Positions 38,201 to 48,475 of a stretch of DNA of 64,000 bases are shown in pieces. Source of the stretch: Acidobacteriota bacterium (GTDB taxonomy: Bacteria > Acidobacteriota > Vicinamibacteria > Vicinamibacterales > UBA2999); the NCBI GenBank assembly GCA_009694735.1, contig SHUG01000002.1, forward strand, positions 6,533 to 70,532, in the 5' to 3' direction. Position numbers and translations under genes: made by a program. Each line of letters starts with the position of its first letter. The first letter of the stretch is position 1. The notes beneath the pieces were generated by a model. It searched no databases. It worked only from the letters and a program-made list of their open reading frames with translations, and had not been told where the DNA came from.

Positions 38201-38775
38201 CGCGGCCTCCCGGCGCCGAGGCGCGAGCGCACGGCGGTTTCCAGTTCGGCCAATCGCATCGGGGTGATCGACGCCAGCGAGGGCGCGGCGCGCCGAGGGC
38301 CGACCTGCGCGACGCTGCCAAGCGCCCGCCCGTCAAAGGTGCGGACACGGTCGACACCCGAGACGGTGTCGCGTTCCACGCGCATGCGGCCGTGCATGAA
38401 CCCGACCAGCGGACTGACGGCACGGACAATCGAGTTGACGAAGAGCACATCACGCTGCCCGAGCCGGAAGACCGGGCTGCCCTCGACCCGCATGCCGAGG
38501 TCGCCAATTTCCCCGCCCAGGAATTCGAGCTGGGTGACGGCGCCGAGGTCGCCCTTCCACACGTCTTCCACGCGGAACGTCACGAGGGTGATGATGGCGC
38601 GGCCGTTGGGCGTGGTTTCCCACTCCGAGCGGACATTCATCACCTCGCCGACGAAAATCGTGGCCGCGCTGGACACCAGCGCATCAAAGGTCGGGGGAAT
38701 GACGGTAGTGGAACGCGCTACGCCGGCCGCCGCCACGGTGCAAACCATGGTCAACAGCGAAAGTCGCCTGAACAT
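38197..38775 (-). CDS. hypothetical secreted protein
   Basis: The ATG at 38775 gives the signal-like start MFRRLSLLTMVCTVAAAGVA. The stop overlaps the matrixin start (ATGA). Confidence 0.55.
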   Translation of the reverse strand: MFRRLSLLTMVCTVAAAGVARSTTVIPPTFDALVSSAATIFVGEVMNVRSEWETTPNGRAIITLVTFRVEDVWKGDLGAVTQLEFLGGEIGDLGMRVEGSPVFRLGQRDVLFVNSIVRAVSPLVGFMHGRMRVERDTVSGVDRVRTFDGRALGSVAQVGPRRAAPSLASITPMRLAELETAVRSRLGAGRPR

Positions 38776-38866
38776 CAGGTGCCTCCTCGGTGTGAGGAGG
38801 CAACAATAGCAGAGGTGCTGAAGTGCTGAAGTGCGCTGCCGCACCCGAGCACTTCAGCACCCTGTC

Positions 38867-39409
38867 TTAGCCGACCGTGAACGGAATGCTCGCGCGCGTG
38901 GTGCCCCAGTCGATGTGGAGCGTGGCACCAGCGGGTGTGTCCTGGATCGAGAAGGTCAGCTGCTCGGCGGCCGCGGGCGCCTTGCCGAGCGTCATCGGCG
39001 CGCGGCCGAGGTCTTCGCCCTTGGGGTACGGAACGCCCCACTGCCCGGTCTTCTTGCTGAGCACGAGGTGCCACGTCCCACCGGTCGGGATCGTGTAAAT
39101 CGTGTAGGTGCCGGCCGGCACATGCACTGCGCCGATCATCAGCATCTTGTCGGTCTTGAACGTGGTCGCCTCGTCGGCGCCGGTGCGCCACTCGCGGCCG
39201 TCGTATGGGTCGATGTCCTTGCCGGGGGTGCGGCCCTTGAGCGACGGGCGGCCGTATTCGATCGACAGGTTGCCGCTATCAACGGTCCATTCAGTTCGCA
39301 CGTGCGGGCTGCCGGCCTTGCCGGGGTGGACGGTGGTGGACTTCTGCGCGTTGACAGCCGCGCCAAGCGCCAGGGCGGTGACCGCGAGGGCCAGAACAGT
39401 TCGCTTCAT
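38867..39409 (-). CDS. DUF2911-like secreted protein
   Basis: ATG at 39409 with a GGAG ribosome-binding site and a signal peptide. The block WRTGADEATTF…GTYTIYTIP is reminiscent of DUF2911. Confidence 0.65.
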   Translation of the reverse strand: MKRTVLALAVTALALGAAVNAQKSTTVHPGKAGSPHVRTEWTVDSGNLSIEYGRPSLKGRTPGKDIDPYDGREWRTGADEATTFKTDKMLMIGAVHVPAGTYTIYTIPTGGTWHLVLSKKTGQWGVPYPKGEDLGRAPMTLGKAPAAAEQLTFSIQDTPAGATLHIDWGTTRASIPFTVG

Positions 39410-39593
39410 CAGTGTCTCCTTCGCACGGCCGACCTTGGCCTGCGTCATCAGTCGGTCATCGTAACCCGCCCGCGTAGACGCCGTCCACCGGTGCGAAATC
39501 CACGACCCGTCAGCCCGTCCGTTCGGCTGTGGCGTACGATTGCCATCGCCGACGTACGGACGATACGATCGGCCCTCAGCCCAGGAGAGCTTC

Positions 39594-39818
39594 ATGGCGA
39601 TCACCGCTTCCGCTCTGCGTCAAGACATCTACCGCATTCTCGACTCGGTGCTCGACAGCGGTCAGCCGGTCGAAGTGGAGCGCCGCGGGCGCCGACTGAA
39701 GATTGCGCCGGTCGTGCCGGCGTCCAAGCTCAGCAGGCTGGTGCCGAGGACCACGTTCCTGCGCGGCGATCCTGACGCCATCGTCTCGATTGACTGGAGT
39801 GACACCTGGCGGCCGTGA
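39594..39818 (+). CDS. type II antitoxin (Phd/YefM-like or VapB-like)
   Basis: 74 aa. It is translationally coupled (GTGA) to the PIN toxin gene, and AGGAG lies upstream. Confidence 0.7.
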   Translation: MAITASALRQDIYRILDSVLDSGQPVEVERRGRRLKIAPVVPASKLSRLVPRTTFLRGDPDAIVSIDWSDTWRP

Positions 39819-40189
39819 TCTACCTGGACACCCACGTGGTCGCGTGGCTCTTCGCCGGCGAGCACCGGCGATTGTCGGCCGCTGGACGCCGGGCCGTGGA
39901 AGAACATGATCTGCTCGTGTCACCAGCGGTGGTGCTGGAACTGCAGTATCTGTTCGAAACCAAGCGCACGACAACCGCGGGTACCGCCGTCATCGACGAC
40001 TTGGCGGGGCGAATCGGTCTGACGATCTGTGACCTGCCGTTTCCCCGCGTGGCGCGGGAGGCCGTGGCCCACAGTTGGACCCGAAACCCGTTCGACCGGT
40101 TGATTGTCGCGCAGGCGGCGATACGGGCGACCGCTCTGCTGACCAAGGACCGCGTCATTCGCCGGCGCTATGCGCCGGCATTCTGGTGA
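39815..40189 (+). CDS. vapC: PIN-domain toxin
   Basis: IYLDTHV N-terminal acidic residue and a …NPFDRLIVAQA… block. 124 aa. Confidence 0.85.
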   Translation: MIYLDTHVVAWLFAGEHRRLSAAGRRAVEEHDLLVSPAVVLELQYLFETKRTTTAGTAVIDDLAGRIGLTICDLPFPRVAREAVAHSWTRNPFDRLIVAQAAIRATALLTKDRVIRRRYAPAFW

Positions 40190-40238
40190 TCCGGCCGCGA
40201 CCCTAAACGGTCACGACACCGGTGGTGGTCGCCGCCTC

Positions 40239-42722
40239 TCAGTCGTGATGAAGCGCCGCGACCGGACTCATCCGCGTCGCGCGGCGCAGCGGAATGAAGC
40301 ACGACACCATGACCAAGACGAGGATGAAGCCGGCAATCTTCAGCAGCGTCGGCGGTGCGCTGGCATAGATGCCGGCGATGCCTGAGGCGTACGCGCCGTC
40401 CCACGCCATGGCGCCCGCCGTGCCGAGCAACAACCCGGCGAGCAACGGCGCACGCAGGCCGGCGATGATCACTTTGGCGACCTGCAGCGACCGCGCTCCG
40501 AGGGCCATCCGCAGGCCGATCTCTCGCGTCTTGAGCGTCACGCGCTGCGCGGTCTCGGCATAGAGGCCGACCATCGCCAACAGCACGCTCATCCACGTCA
40601 CCGTGTCGGCCAGCACCGCCGACGTATGGCTGTTCCACTGCGCCTCCCTGACGGCGCGCTCCAACGTGCGCATGCTGTACAGGGCGATGTTGGGATCGAT
40701 CGCTTGGGCCTCGGCGCGCACCACGCTGGCGGCGCGCTCCGGGTCCACGCGATGTCTGATCAATAAGGTCGCTGTTGCCGGAGCCGCGGCGGCAATTGGC
40801 ACGTAAACCACCGGCGACTCTTGTCCGATGCCGCCCGGACCCTGGCGCACGGTCGGCACCACGCAAATCACCGTTGTCCAGCGCGGTTCGGCATTGGCTG
40901 GCGCATTCGCCGCCGTCACGGCCAGTTGCATACCGATGGCCTCGCCGCCTTTCAGGAAGACTTGCGCGAAGCGTTCGTTGACGATCGCCACAGAGCTGCC
41001 GTCGAGAGCGGTGAAGTCTCGTCCCTGCAGCACGCCGAGCGCGAGCGTTTCAAAATACTGTGGCGAGATGTCGATGGTCATCACGCTTGGTGCCGGCTCG
41101 CCTTGCGGCGGTTCCTGGCCGCGAATCTGCAGGCTGCGTTGGACCGACCCGCCGCCAGGTAGCAGGGTGGCGCGTGACACGCTGACAACTTGCGGTCGCG
41201 CCCGCAAGCGCTCTTCGAGCCGTGCGAAGTAGTCGCTCCGTCGCTGTGCTGTGGCGTACGACGCCGTGGGAAGAGTCACGGCAGCCGTGACGATCTCCGT
41301 GGTGTTGATGTTGGCGTCAGTTGGCATCGGCCGGTTCGCGATGAACGTAGCAACCGCGACTTGAGCCAGCAGGATCATCGCCAGCGCCAGTTCCGCGCTC
41401 AGAAACGCGCCGGTCAGTACGCTCATGCCGCCGCCGGTACTGGCGCGTCCGCCGTCCTTGAGCGTGCGATTGACGTCGGTGCGCGAGGCGTAAATGGCGG
41501 GAATCAACCCGAACACCACGGTCGTCGCCAGTGACAGCGCTACCAGTCCCCCGAAGACCACTCGGTCCATCGTGTAGTCGTTCCAGTACGGAAGGATGCC
41601 ATCAGGAATGCCTGACTGCACCGCGCGCACCATCATCAGGTTCGCCGCGTTGGCGCACGCGACAAGGATCACGATGACGCCGGCCCAGATGAACTGCATC
41701 CATCCATCGAGAGTCCCGAGCAGACGCCCGTTGAGCGGCACGACTCTGGCCCGGACGTTGCGGTTGCTGTCAGGGTGCGCGGCCTCGAAGCCGCCGAACA
41801 TGGTTTCGACCTCGCTGCGAGCGCCTTCCTTGCCGGCGCCCTCTCGTAACCGGCCGACCACGTTCAGCGGCCTGGTCGAACGATCCGGCTTGAGATCCGC
41901 ATACTGCCCGAGCGGCAACCAGACGCTTGCCGTGCTCGGGAAGCCGGACCGCTCGGGAACGACGCCGATCACCGTGGCCGGTGATCCGTTGATGAGCACC
42001 GAGCGGCCTAGAATCCGCGGGTCGCCATCGTAGCGCTGCCGCCACGCATCGCTACCGAGCAGGACAACCGCCTCGCCACCAGGACGGTCGTCGTCCGGAA
42101 ACGGCAGCCGCCCCAACGATGGCGACAGACCCAACAGCGGAAAGGCGTTCGCCGTGACATAGGCGGCGTTGAACCGATCTGGCGCGTGCCCCTCATCGCC
42201 AACGGTCGCCACACCATTCACCCAGGCAGCCAGGCCGGTGAAGCTGGTGGCCGCCGTCTGCAAGTCGTGGAACTCCGGCAGCGACACCAGTCGATTGGTG
42301 CCGCGATCGTCGAAAGTGGAAATGAACATCACCCGCTCGACGTTCTGGATGGCAACGCCGCGGAATGTGTGCGCGTAGACCAGCGTGAAGAACATGTTGT
42401 TGACGCCGATGCCGACGCCGAGTACGACGATGGCGGTCAGCGCGAACCCGCGATCGCGCGCGAGCACCCGGATGGCGAAGCGGAAATCCGGCAACAACGT
42501 CTCGATCACCGGCAGGCCGCGTTGCTCGCGGTAGCGCATCTTCGTCTGGTCGACGCCGCCGAACGCCCTGCGTGCGGCCAGTCGGGCATCGTCAGGCGAC
42601 CGCCCGTGCGCGATGTGCTCATCGGTGAGCAGATCGAGGTGCGACTGGACTTCTTCTGAAAGCCGATCGTCGCGCTGGCGCCGCAAGACCGCCTCAAGCA
42701 GTCGCGAGATGAGAATTTTCAT
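40239..42722 (-). CDS. ADOP-type duplicated FtsX/MacB-like ABC permease
   Basis: 827 aa. It has the typical N-terminus (…RRQRDDRLSEEVQSHLDLLTDE…), two FtsX-like 4-TM modules and a C-terminal …SPVAALHHD. Confidence 0.9.
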   Translation of the reverse strand: MKILISRLLEAVLRRQRDDRLSEEVQSHLDLLTDEHIAHGRSPDDARLAARRAFGGVDQTKMRYREQRGLPVIETLLPDFRFAIRVLARDRGFALTAIVVLGVGIGVNNMFFTLVYAHTFRGVAIQNVERVMFISTFDDRGTNRLVSLPEFHDLQTAATSFTGLAAWVNGVATVGDEGHAPDRFNAAYVTANAFPLLGLSPSLGRLPFPDDDRPGGEAVVLLGSDAWRQRYDGDPRILGRSVLINGSPATVIGVVPERSGFPSTASVWLPLGQYADLKPDRSTRPLNVVGRLREGAGKEGARSEVETMFGGFEAAHPDSNRNVRARVVPLNGRLLGTLDGWMQFIWAGVIVILVACANAANLMMVRAVQSGIPDGILPYWNDYTMDRVVFGGLVALSLATTVVFGLIPAIYASRTDVNRTLKDGGRASTGGGMSVLTGAFLSAELALAMILLAQVAVATFIANRPMPTDANINTTEIVTAAVTLPTASYATAQRRSDYFARLEERLRARPQVVSVSRATLLPGGGSVQRSLQIRGQEPPQGEPAPSVMTIDISPQYFETLALGVLQGRDFTALDGSSVAIVNERFAQVFLKGGEAIGMQLAVTAANAPANAEPRWTTVICVVPTVRQGPGGIGQESPVVYVPIAAAAPATATLLIRHRVDPERAASVVRAEAQAIDPNIALYSMRTLERAVREAQWNSHTSAVLADTVTWMSVLLAMVGLYAETAQRVTLKTREIGLRMALGARSLQVAKVIIAGLRAPLLAGLLLGTAGAMAWDGAYASGIAGIYASAPPTLLKIAGFILVLVMVSCFIPLRRATRMSPVAALHHD

Positions 42723-42824
42723 GCGCTGCCTTTTTCAAGATCCGCGTCATCTGTGTCATCCGCCGTCGCGCGCCGCGCTATGGCGGGACAGGTCGGCGGC
42801 CCTGGTTCTGGCTGCCACCGGCGT

Positions 42825-45433
42825 TCAGTCCTGTCGCAGTGCGGCCACCGGATCCAGCCGCGCCGCCCTGCGCGCTGGCGCCAGGGTCGCCGCGATCGAC
42901 ACGGCAACCAGCAGCGCCGAGACAGCGAGCAGGTCGATCGGACTGTTGGCTCTGGCCTCGACCAGCAAACCATGTAGAACGGCGCCGGCGGCCTGCGCGC
43001 CGGCCAGGCCCAGCGCCAGCCCGATACCGACAGGCACCAGCGCGCGCTTAAGGAACAGCCAGCCGATCTGCGCACGCCGGGCGCCGAGCGCCATGCGCAC
43101 GCCGACCTTCTGCGTGCGCTGCGTCGTCGCGTAGGCCGTGATCGAGTACAAGCCGAGAGCGGACAACAGCGTGGCGATCACCGCGACGATCGAGAACACC
43201 AGGCTCATCATCCTCGGCAGGAATCGCGACCCGCTGGAGACGTGTTCCAACGACTGAAGATTGAACAGCGGCAGGTCGGCGTCGAGGCGTCTGACTTCCT
43301 GCCGCAGGACATCGGCAAACTGCTCGGGACGGCCGCGGACCAGCACCGACGCCACCTTGCCCGGTTGCGAGGCGTACGGCACGTAGATGACCGGCGTATG
43401 GCCCGACGCCGGTTGGTGCCGCAATGGCGGGGCAATGCCCACCACGGTGAAGCGATCGTGGGGGGCGCCTTCGGTTGTGGCATTGAGCGACACCTCGCGT
43501 CCAATCGGATCCACGTCTTGGAAGTACCGCGCCACGAAGCGTTCGTTCACGAGCGCGGTCGCAGCCCCTCCGGCCGTGGCGACGTGTTCGAGATCTGAGC
43601 CACGAACCAGTTTCAATCCGAGCGTCTCGAAATAACGATCGCCAATCGGCACGACGCGGACGTTGCCGCGTGTCGTATTGTCGAGAATCACGTCGCGACT
43701 CTCGGCGGCATTGAACGGGGGACTGCCGGCGAGCGCCGCTGACTCCAGGCCCGGTGAAGCTGCGAGCCGTTCATCGCGGGCGCGATAGAACGCCCGGCGT
43801 TGATCAGCGGAGGCGTACTGAGGTTCCGGCAAGGCGACGCGCATCTCCCAGAGGCGCGCGAGGTCGAGCGCTTGGTCGGACCGATAGACGCTGGCGGCGC
43901 TTTGCACGAGCGCGCCAGCGCTCGCGAGCAGGATCACGGCAAGCGCGAGTTCCCCGACCAGCAGGAACGTCGCCATGCGGCCGGCACGCTTGCCGGCCAT
44001 TCCCGAGCGACCGCCCTGATTGATCACGGTGGTCAGGTTGGTATGTGACAGGTGCAGCGCTGGCAGCAGGCCAAAGGCAATGCCGGCGCCAGCGGACAAC
44101 ACGGCGAGATAAGTCACGAGGCGGAGATCAAACGTGAATCGAATCCAGTAGGGCATGCCAAACCCGACCGTCTCGGCTGCGAAGGCCCGCGCACCCATCC
44201 AGGCCAGGCCGCCGCCGATCAGTCCCGCCACGAGGGCCAGCAACACGCTCTCGACCAGGAGCTGCCGCACAATCCGCATGCGGCTGGCGCCAAGCGCTGC
44301 GCGCATCGACATCTCTCGTGCCCGCGCCGCCGAGCGCGCGAGCATCAGGCTGGCCGCGTGACTGCAGGCGATGAGCAAGACGATCATCACCGCCGCCAGC
44401 ATCATCATGGGAGCGGTGTCGGTCGGTGGTCCGACATAGGCTTCATTCAGCGGCTGCACCACTGTCTGGCGGGTCCGATCACCCTCGGGTACGGGCGATG
44501 CCGACAGAATCGTCGCCAACTCCGAGCGTGCTTGACCCAGCGTCACGCCGTCGGCAAGACGCCCGACGATGCGCACGGGACGCTGGGCGGCATCGGGACC
44601 ATCCATGCCCGGCAAAGCGATCAGCGGCCGCCAGACCTGCTGGTCGATGGGATACATGAAGCCGTCCGGCATCACGCCGATCACCGTGGCGGGCTGGCCG
44701 TTCGTGCGTCCAATCGACCGAGGATGGCGGGATCGGAACCATAGCGGTCCGTCCACACCCGATAGCCAATGATGGCGACCGGCGCCGCGCCAGCCAGATC
44801 GTCCTCTGGCCGGAAGTCGCGGCCCAGGGTCGGCCGTATTCGCAATCCACCAAAGGCCGTGTGACTGAGGTAAGTGCCTGGGAACCGATCCGTCGCATTC
44901 TCATCGTCGCCGAGGTTGATCACTGTATCGACTTCAGCAGAGAGGGAGGCAAAGCCCGTCGCGCTTGATTGCCAGGTCTCGAACACGCCGAACGGCACTC
45001 GCCGGCCTTGGGTCCGATTCGGTCCGCCGGTGACGCCAACCAGGGCGTCGGCCTCGTCGAACGGCAAGCCGCGGAAGCTCATGCCGTAGAGCAGCGACAC
45101 GATGGTGCTGCTCGAGGCAATGCCAAGAGCGAGCGCGACGACAATGGCGGCGGTAAACCAGCGATCGCGCACGATTACGCGCAGCGAGTAGCGAGCGTCC
45201 TGGATCAACCCGTCGACGAGTGGCAGGCCGCGCTGCTCGCGGTAGCGCACCTTCGTCTGGTCAACCCCGCCGAAACTCTTGCGCGCGGCGAGCCGGGCAT
45301 CGGCCGGCGACAACCCCTTCGCGACGTGTTCATCGGTGAGCATGTCGAGATGCGCCTGGATCTCCTCCGACAGCCGCTCTTCGCGTTGGCGCCGAAGCAC
45401 GAGATCAAGCAATCGCGAGATGAAGGTCGGCAT
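42825..45433 (-). pseudogene. second ADOP-type permease, split by a frameshift near 44717
   Basis: ORF 44681..45433 ends …SDPAILGR+junk. ORF 42825..44756 continues …SIGRTNGQPATVIGVMPDGF in another frame. The paralog reads …GDPRILGRSVLINGSPATVIGVVP, so a 1-nt deletion is indicated. Confidence 0.8.
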
Positions 45434-45436
45434 CGC

Positions 45437-45769
45437 TCATGACTCCTCGAGCAACCGATTGACCGTCGCGACCGTCTGCGCCCACAAGTCGGCTTCTGCC
45501 GAGAGTTGGCGCTTGCCGGCAGCGGTGATCGCATAGAAACGGGCGCGTCGGTTGTTCTCGCTCATGCCCCAATCACTCTTGATCCACCCCTTCTGCTCGA
45601 GCCGCAGCAGCGCTGGATAAATCGTTCCCTGGTTCAGCGCGAGCGAGCCCTGCGCGACTTGCTCAATGCGCCGGGCAATGCCATAGCCATGCAGTGGACT
45701 GAGAGCCGCCAAGGTCTTGAGGACCATGAGGTCGAGGGTGCCGTAGGGAACTTCGCTGTTGGGTGCCAT
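45437..45769 (-). CDS. PadR-family transcriptional regulator
   Basis: Contains LHGYGIARRIEQ…GTIYPALLRLEQKGWI. The ATG at 45769 is preferred, and the track's TTG at 45781 is an alternative. Confidence 0.9.
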   Translation of the reverse strand: MAPNSEVPYGTLDLMVLKTLAALSPLHGYGIARRIEQVAQGSLALNQGTIYPALLRLEQKGWIKSDWGMSENNRRARFYAITAAGKRQLSAEADLWAQTVATVNRLLEES

Positions 45770-45962
45770 GTTGATAGTCAACAGGTCAAATCGGTAGGGC
45801 TCGCTTCCTCCTTCGCGCTTCGCGCTCCGGCCGGACAGGTCGCTCGTGGGGCTCGGTCCTGCGGACCGTCGTTGGGCTCACTTCGTTCGTGGGGAATGCA
45901 CTTCCCCACGAGGGCGCGCAAGCGCCCGAGCCCCACCGCGACCAATGGTCGCGGCCTCCACT

Positions 45963-47189
45963 TCAGTCCGCGACCGCCCACGGCCGCTTGCGCAGCAACG
46001 CCGACAGAATCGGCGCCGTCATCATCGTCGTGACCAGCGCCATGATCACGAGCATGGTGAACAACCGCGGCGAGATCACGCCCAGATCGAGGCCGATGTT
46101 GAGAACGATCAACTCGACCAGACCGCGCGTGTTCATCAGGATGCCCAGCGCCGCGCTGTCGCGCCAGTCGAGGCCCACGGTTTTCGACGCGAGCAGGGTG
46201 CCGCCAAACTTGCCGGCCGTGGCCACCGCGATGATGGCCCCGCACAGCAGCCAGTCGTCAAGCGTGTTGACCAGCCCGATTTCTGTGCGCAGGCCGGTGA
46301 ACGCGAAGAACGCCGGCATGAACATCACCCGGACGATGTCTTCGAGCCGCTCGGTGACGTGTCTCGCAATCACGCTTTCGTGCGGGATGATGGCGCCGAT
46401 CAGAAACGCGCCGAAGATGGCGTGAATGCCGATGAACTCGGTGGCCACCGCCGACAGCAGCACCGCGACCAGCACCAGCGCCAGGCTGCGCTCGCCGATT
46501 CGCGGCGAGCGGTCGAACCGCTCGACCATCGCCGCCATCGCCCGCCGGCCGACGGTCAGCATGAGCGTGATGTAGACCGCCGTGAGCACCACCGTCTGTA
46601 CCGCGGCGCTGGTGGTCGATTGGGTGACCCCAACCACAAACGCGAGCAGGCACCACGCGATGGCATCGTTGATGGCGGCGCAGGTCAGCGCCACGATGCC
46701 CATGTCGGTGCGCTGCAGCCCGCGATCGTTGAGGATGCGCGCGAGCACGGGAAAAGCGGTAATCGACATCGACACGCCCAGGAAGAGCGCAAACGACGTG
46801 AAGCCCACGCCCGCCGGCGCCAGCGTCTCGAACAGCGCCGACGCCATTCCTGCACCCAAAGCGAACGGCACGATGATGCTGGTCACGGAGATCGCGACCG
46901 TGATCGCGACGCGACTCCGCAACACTCGCAGGTCCAGTTCGAGGCCGACGAGGAACATGTACAGAATCACGCCGAGCTGCGCGATCACCCCCAGGAAGGG
47001 CGCGGCCTCGGCGGGCAGAAGCACCGCTGCCGCCTCCGGCGACACGCGTCCGAGCAGCGAGGGTCCGAGCAGAATGCCCCCGACCACTTCGCCGATGACC
47101 GCGGGCTGATGAAATCGTTTAAAGAGCGCGCCCACCAGGCGGGCGGTCACCATGATGGTCGTCAGGGCGACCAGGACGCTCAGGAGCAT
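45963..47189 (-). CDS. cation:proton antiporter (CPA2 family)
   Basis: The ATG at 47189 gives MLLSVLVALTTIMVTARLVGALFKRFHQPAVIGEVVGGILLGPS, followed by a polytopic membrane profile. Confidence 0.88.
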   Translation of the reverse strand: MLLSVLVALTTIMVTARLVGALFKRFHQPAVIGEVVGGILLGPSLLGRVSPEAAAVLLPAEAAPFLGVIAQLGVILYMFLVGLELDLRVLRSRVAITVAISVTSIIVPFALGAGMASALFETLAPAGVGFTSFALFLGVSMSITAFPVLARILNDRGLQRTDMGIVALTCAAINDAIAWCLLAFVVGVTQSTTSAAVQTVVLTAVYITLMLTVGRRAMAAMVERFDRSPRIGERSLALVLVAVLLSAVATEFIGIHAIFGAFLIGAIIPHESVIARHVTERLEDIVRVMFMPAFFAFTGLRTEIGLVNTLDDWLLCGAIIAVATAGKFGGTLLASKTVGLDWRDSAALGILMNTRGLVELIVLNIGLDLGVISPRLFTMLVIMALVTTMMTAPILSALLRKRPWAVAD

Positions 47190-47190
47190 G

Positions 47191-48414
47191 TCAGCAAGCG
47201 GTCTGCGTCCGTTCCACGTTGAGATCGAACATTGGCCGCAGCCTCGTCCCGGCGATGTTGCCGGCGAACGCCGTGACCAACCACAGCCAACCGTGGAGAC
47301 TGCCCGACGCGATGCCGCTGAAGTAGGCGCCGATGTTGCAGCCGTAGGCGATGCGCGCGCCGTAGCCGAGCAGGATGCCGCCAATCACCGCGGCGGCGAG
47401 GGAGCGGTTTGACACCCGCCACACCGGCGCGAACTTGCCGGCGAGGATGGCCGCCGTCAGCGCGCCGAGGATGATGCCGAAGTCCATCACCGACGTCACG
47501 TCCATCAGCACACTCGAGCGCAGGGCCGTGGCCTGTGCCGGCGTCGTCCAGTAGGCCCACGACGCCACGTCGACGCCCAGTGCGGCAAACAGCTTGGCAC
47601 CCCACAGCGCGAAGGCGGAGGTGACACCCCACGGGCGTCCACCGATGGTCAGGGTGGCAATGTTGACGACCGCGAGACCAATCGCGCCTGCGACCAGTGG
47701 CCATGGGCCGGTAAGCCAGCGCGGTCCATGGGCGGGACGCGTGTCGTCGAGCAGCCGGCCGTGCCGCCGCTGTTCGGCGACGCGCGTGATCCAGGCGATG
47801 CCGCCAAACACGGCCAGGCTCACCGCCAACCCGAGCCAGGGACCCCACAACGTGACGACCGAGGTCGCGGCGAATGAAGGCTGGGCGTTCCACCAGGGCG
47901 TGTGCGCGGTGCCGATCACCGACCCGATGATGAAGAAGAACAGCGTGACGAGCATGCGCGTGCTGCCGCCGCCGACGCTGAACAGCGTGCCCGACGCGCA
48001 GCCCCCGCCGAGCTGCATGCCGAGACCAAAAATGAACGCGCCGGCGGCGACGCCGATGCCAACCGGCGAGACCGAACCACGCAGCGGCTGTCCCCACAGA
48101 GTACCGGCGGCGATCAGCGGGAAGAACACGGCACAGGTGATCGCGAGCATCAACATCTGCGCGCGCAAGCCGGCGCCGCGTCGATCGGCGATGAACACCC
48201 GCCACGAGGAGGTAAAGCCGAAGGCGGCATGATAGAGCACGACACCGGCCCCCGCGCCCACCAGGAAGAGCGCGGCCTGACGCCAGTTGATGGCGGCGTA
48301 GAGGTACCAGGCGGCCAGCGCGATCACCCCGGCCGTGATCGCCGCGGGACCCGGCACCAACGCGCGCGACTCAATCGCCAACGGCGCCGACGGACTCATC
48401 GTTTGTGTTGTCAT
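47191..48414 (-). CDS. YeeE/YedE family inner-membrane transporter (thiosulfate or sulfur/selenium compound uptake family)
   Basis: Conserved GGGCASGTL motif and a duplicated membrane module. Its stop is 1 nt from the antiporter start. Confidence 0.85.
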   Translation of the reverse strand: MTTQTMSPSAPLAIESRALVPGPAAITAGVIALAAWYLYAAINWRQAALFLVGAGAGVVLYHAAFGFTSSWRVFIADRRGAGLRAQMLMLAITCAVFFPLIAAGTLWGQPLRGSVSPVGIGVAAGAFIFGLGMQLGGGCASGTLFSVGGGSTRMLVTLFFFIIGSVIGTAHTPWWNAQPSFAATSVVTLWGPWLGLAVSLAVFGGIAWITRVAEQRRHGRLLDDTRPAHGPRWLTGPWPLVAGAIGLAVVNIATLTIGGRPWGVTSAFALWGAKLFAALGVDVASWAYWTTPAQATALRSSVLMDVTSVMDFGIILGALTAAILAGKFAPVWRVSNRSLAAAVIGGILLGYGARIAYGCNIGAYFSGIASGSLHGWLWLVTAFAGNIAGTRLRPMFDLNVERTQTAC

Positions 48415-48475
48415 GGTTCGTCCTTGCTAACACGAAGAACACGAAGGTGGTTGTTCGTGAACTTCGTGTTGTCTC

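Noticed and set aside
45782-45962. Several small hairpins (GGGGAA-TGCAC-TTCCCC, GGGCGC-GCAA-GCGCCC, GCGACC-AA-TGGTCGC) between the antiporter stop and padR, considered as a structured ncRNA.
   Set aside because: I find no recognisable riboswitch or sRNA signature. They are more simply explained as terminator or REP-like hairpins in a GC-rich spacer. Nothing can be decided here without covariation or expression data.
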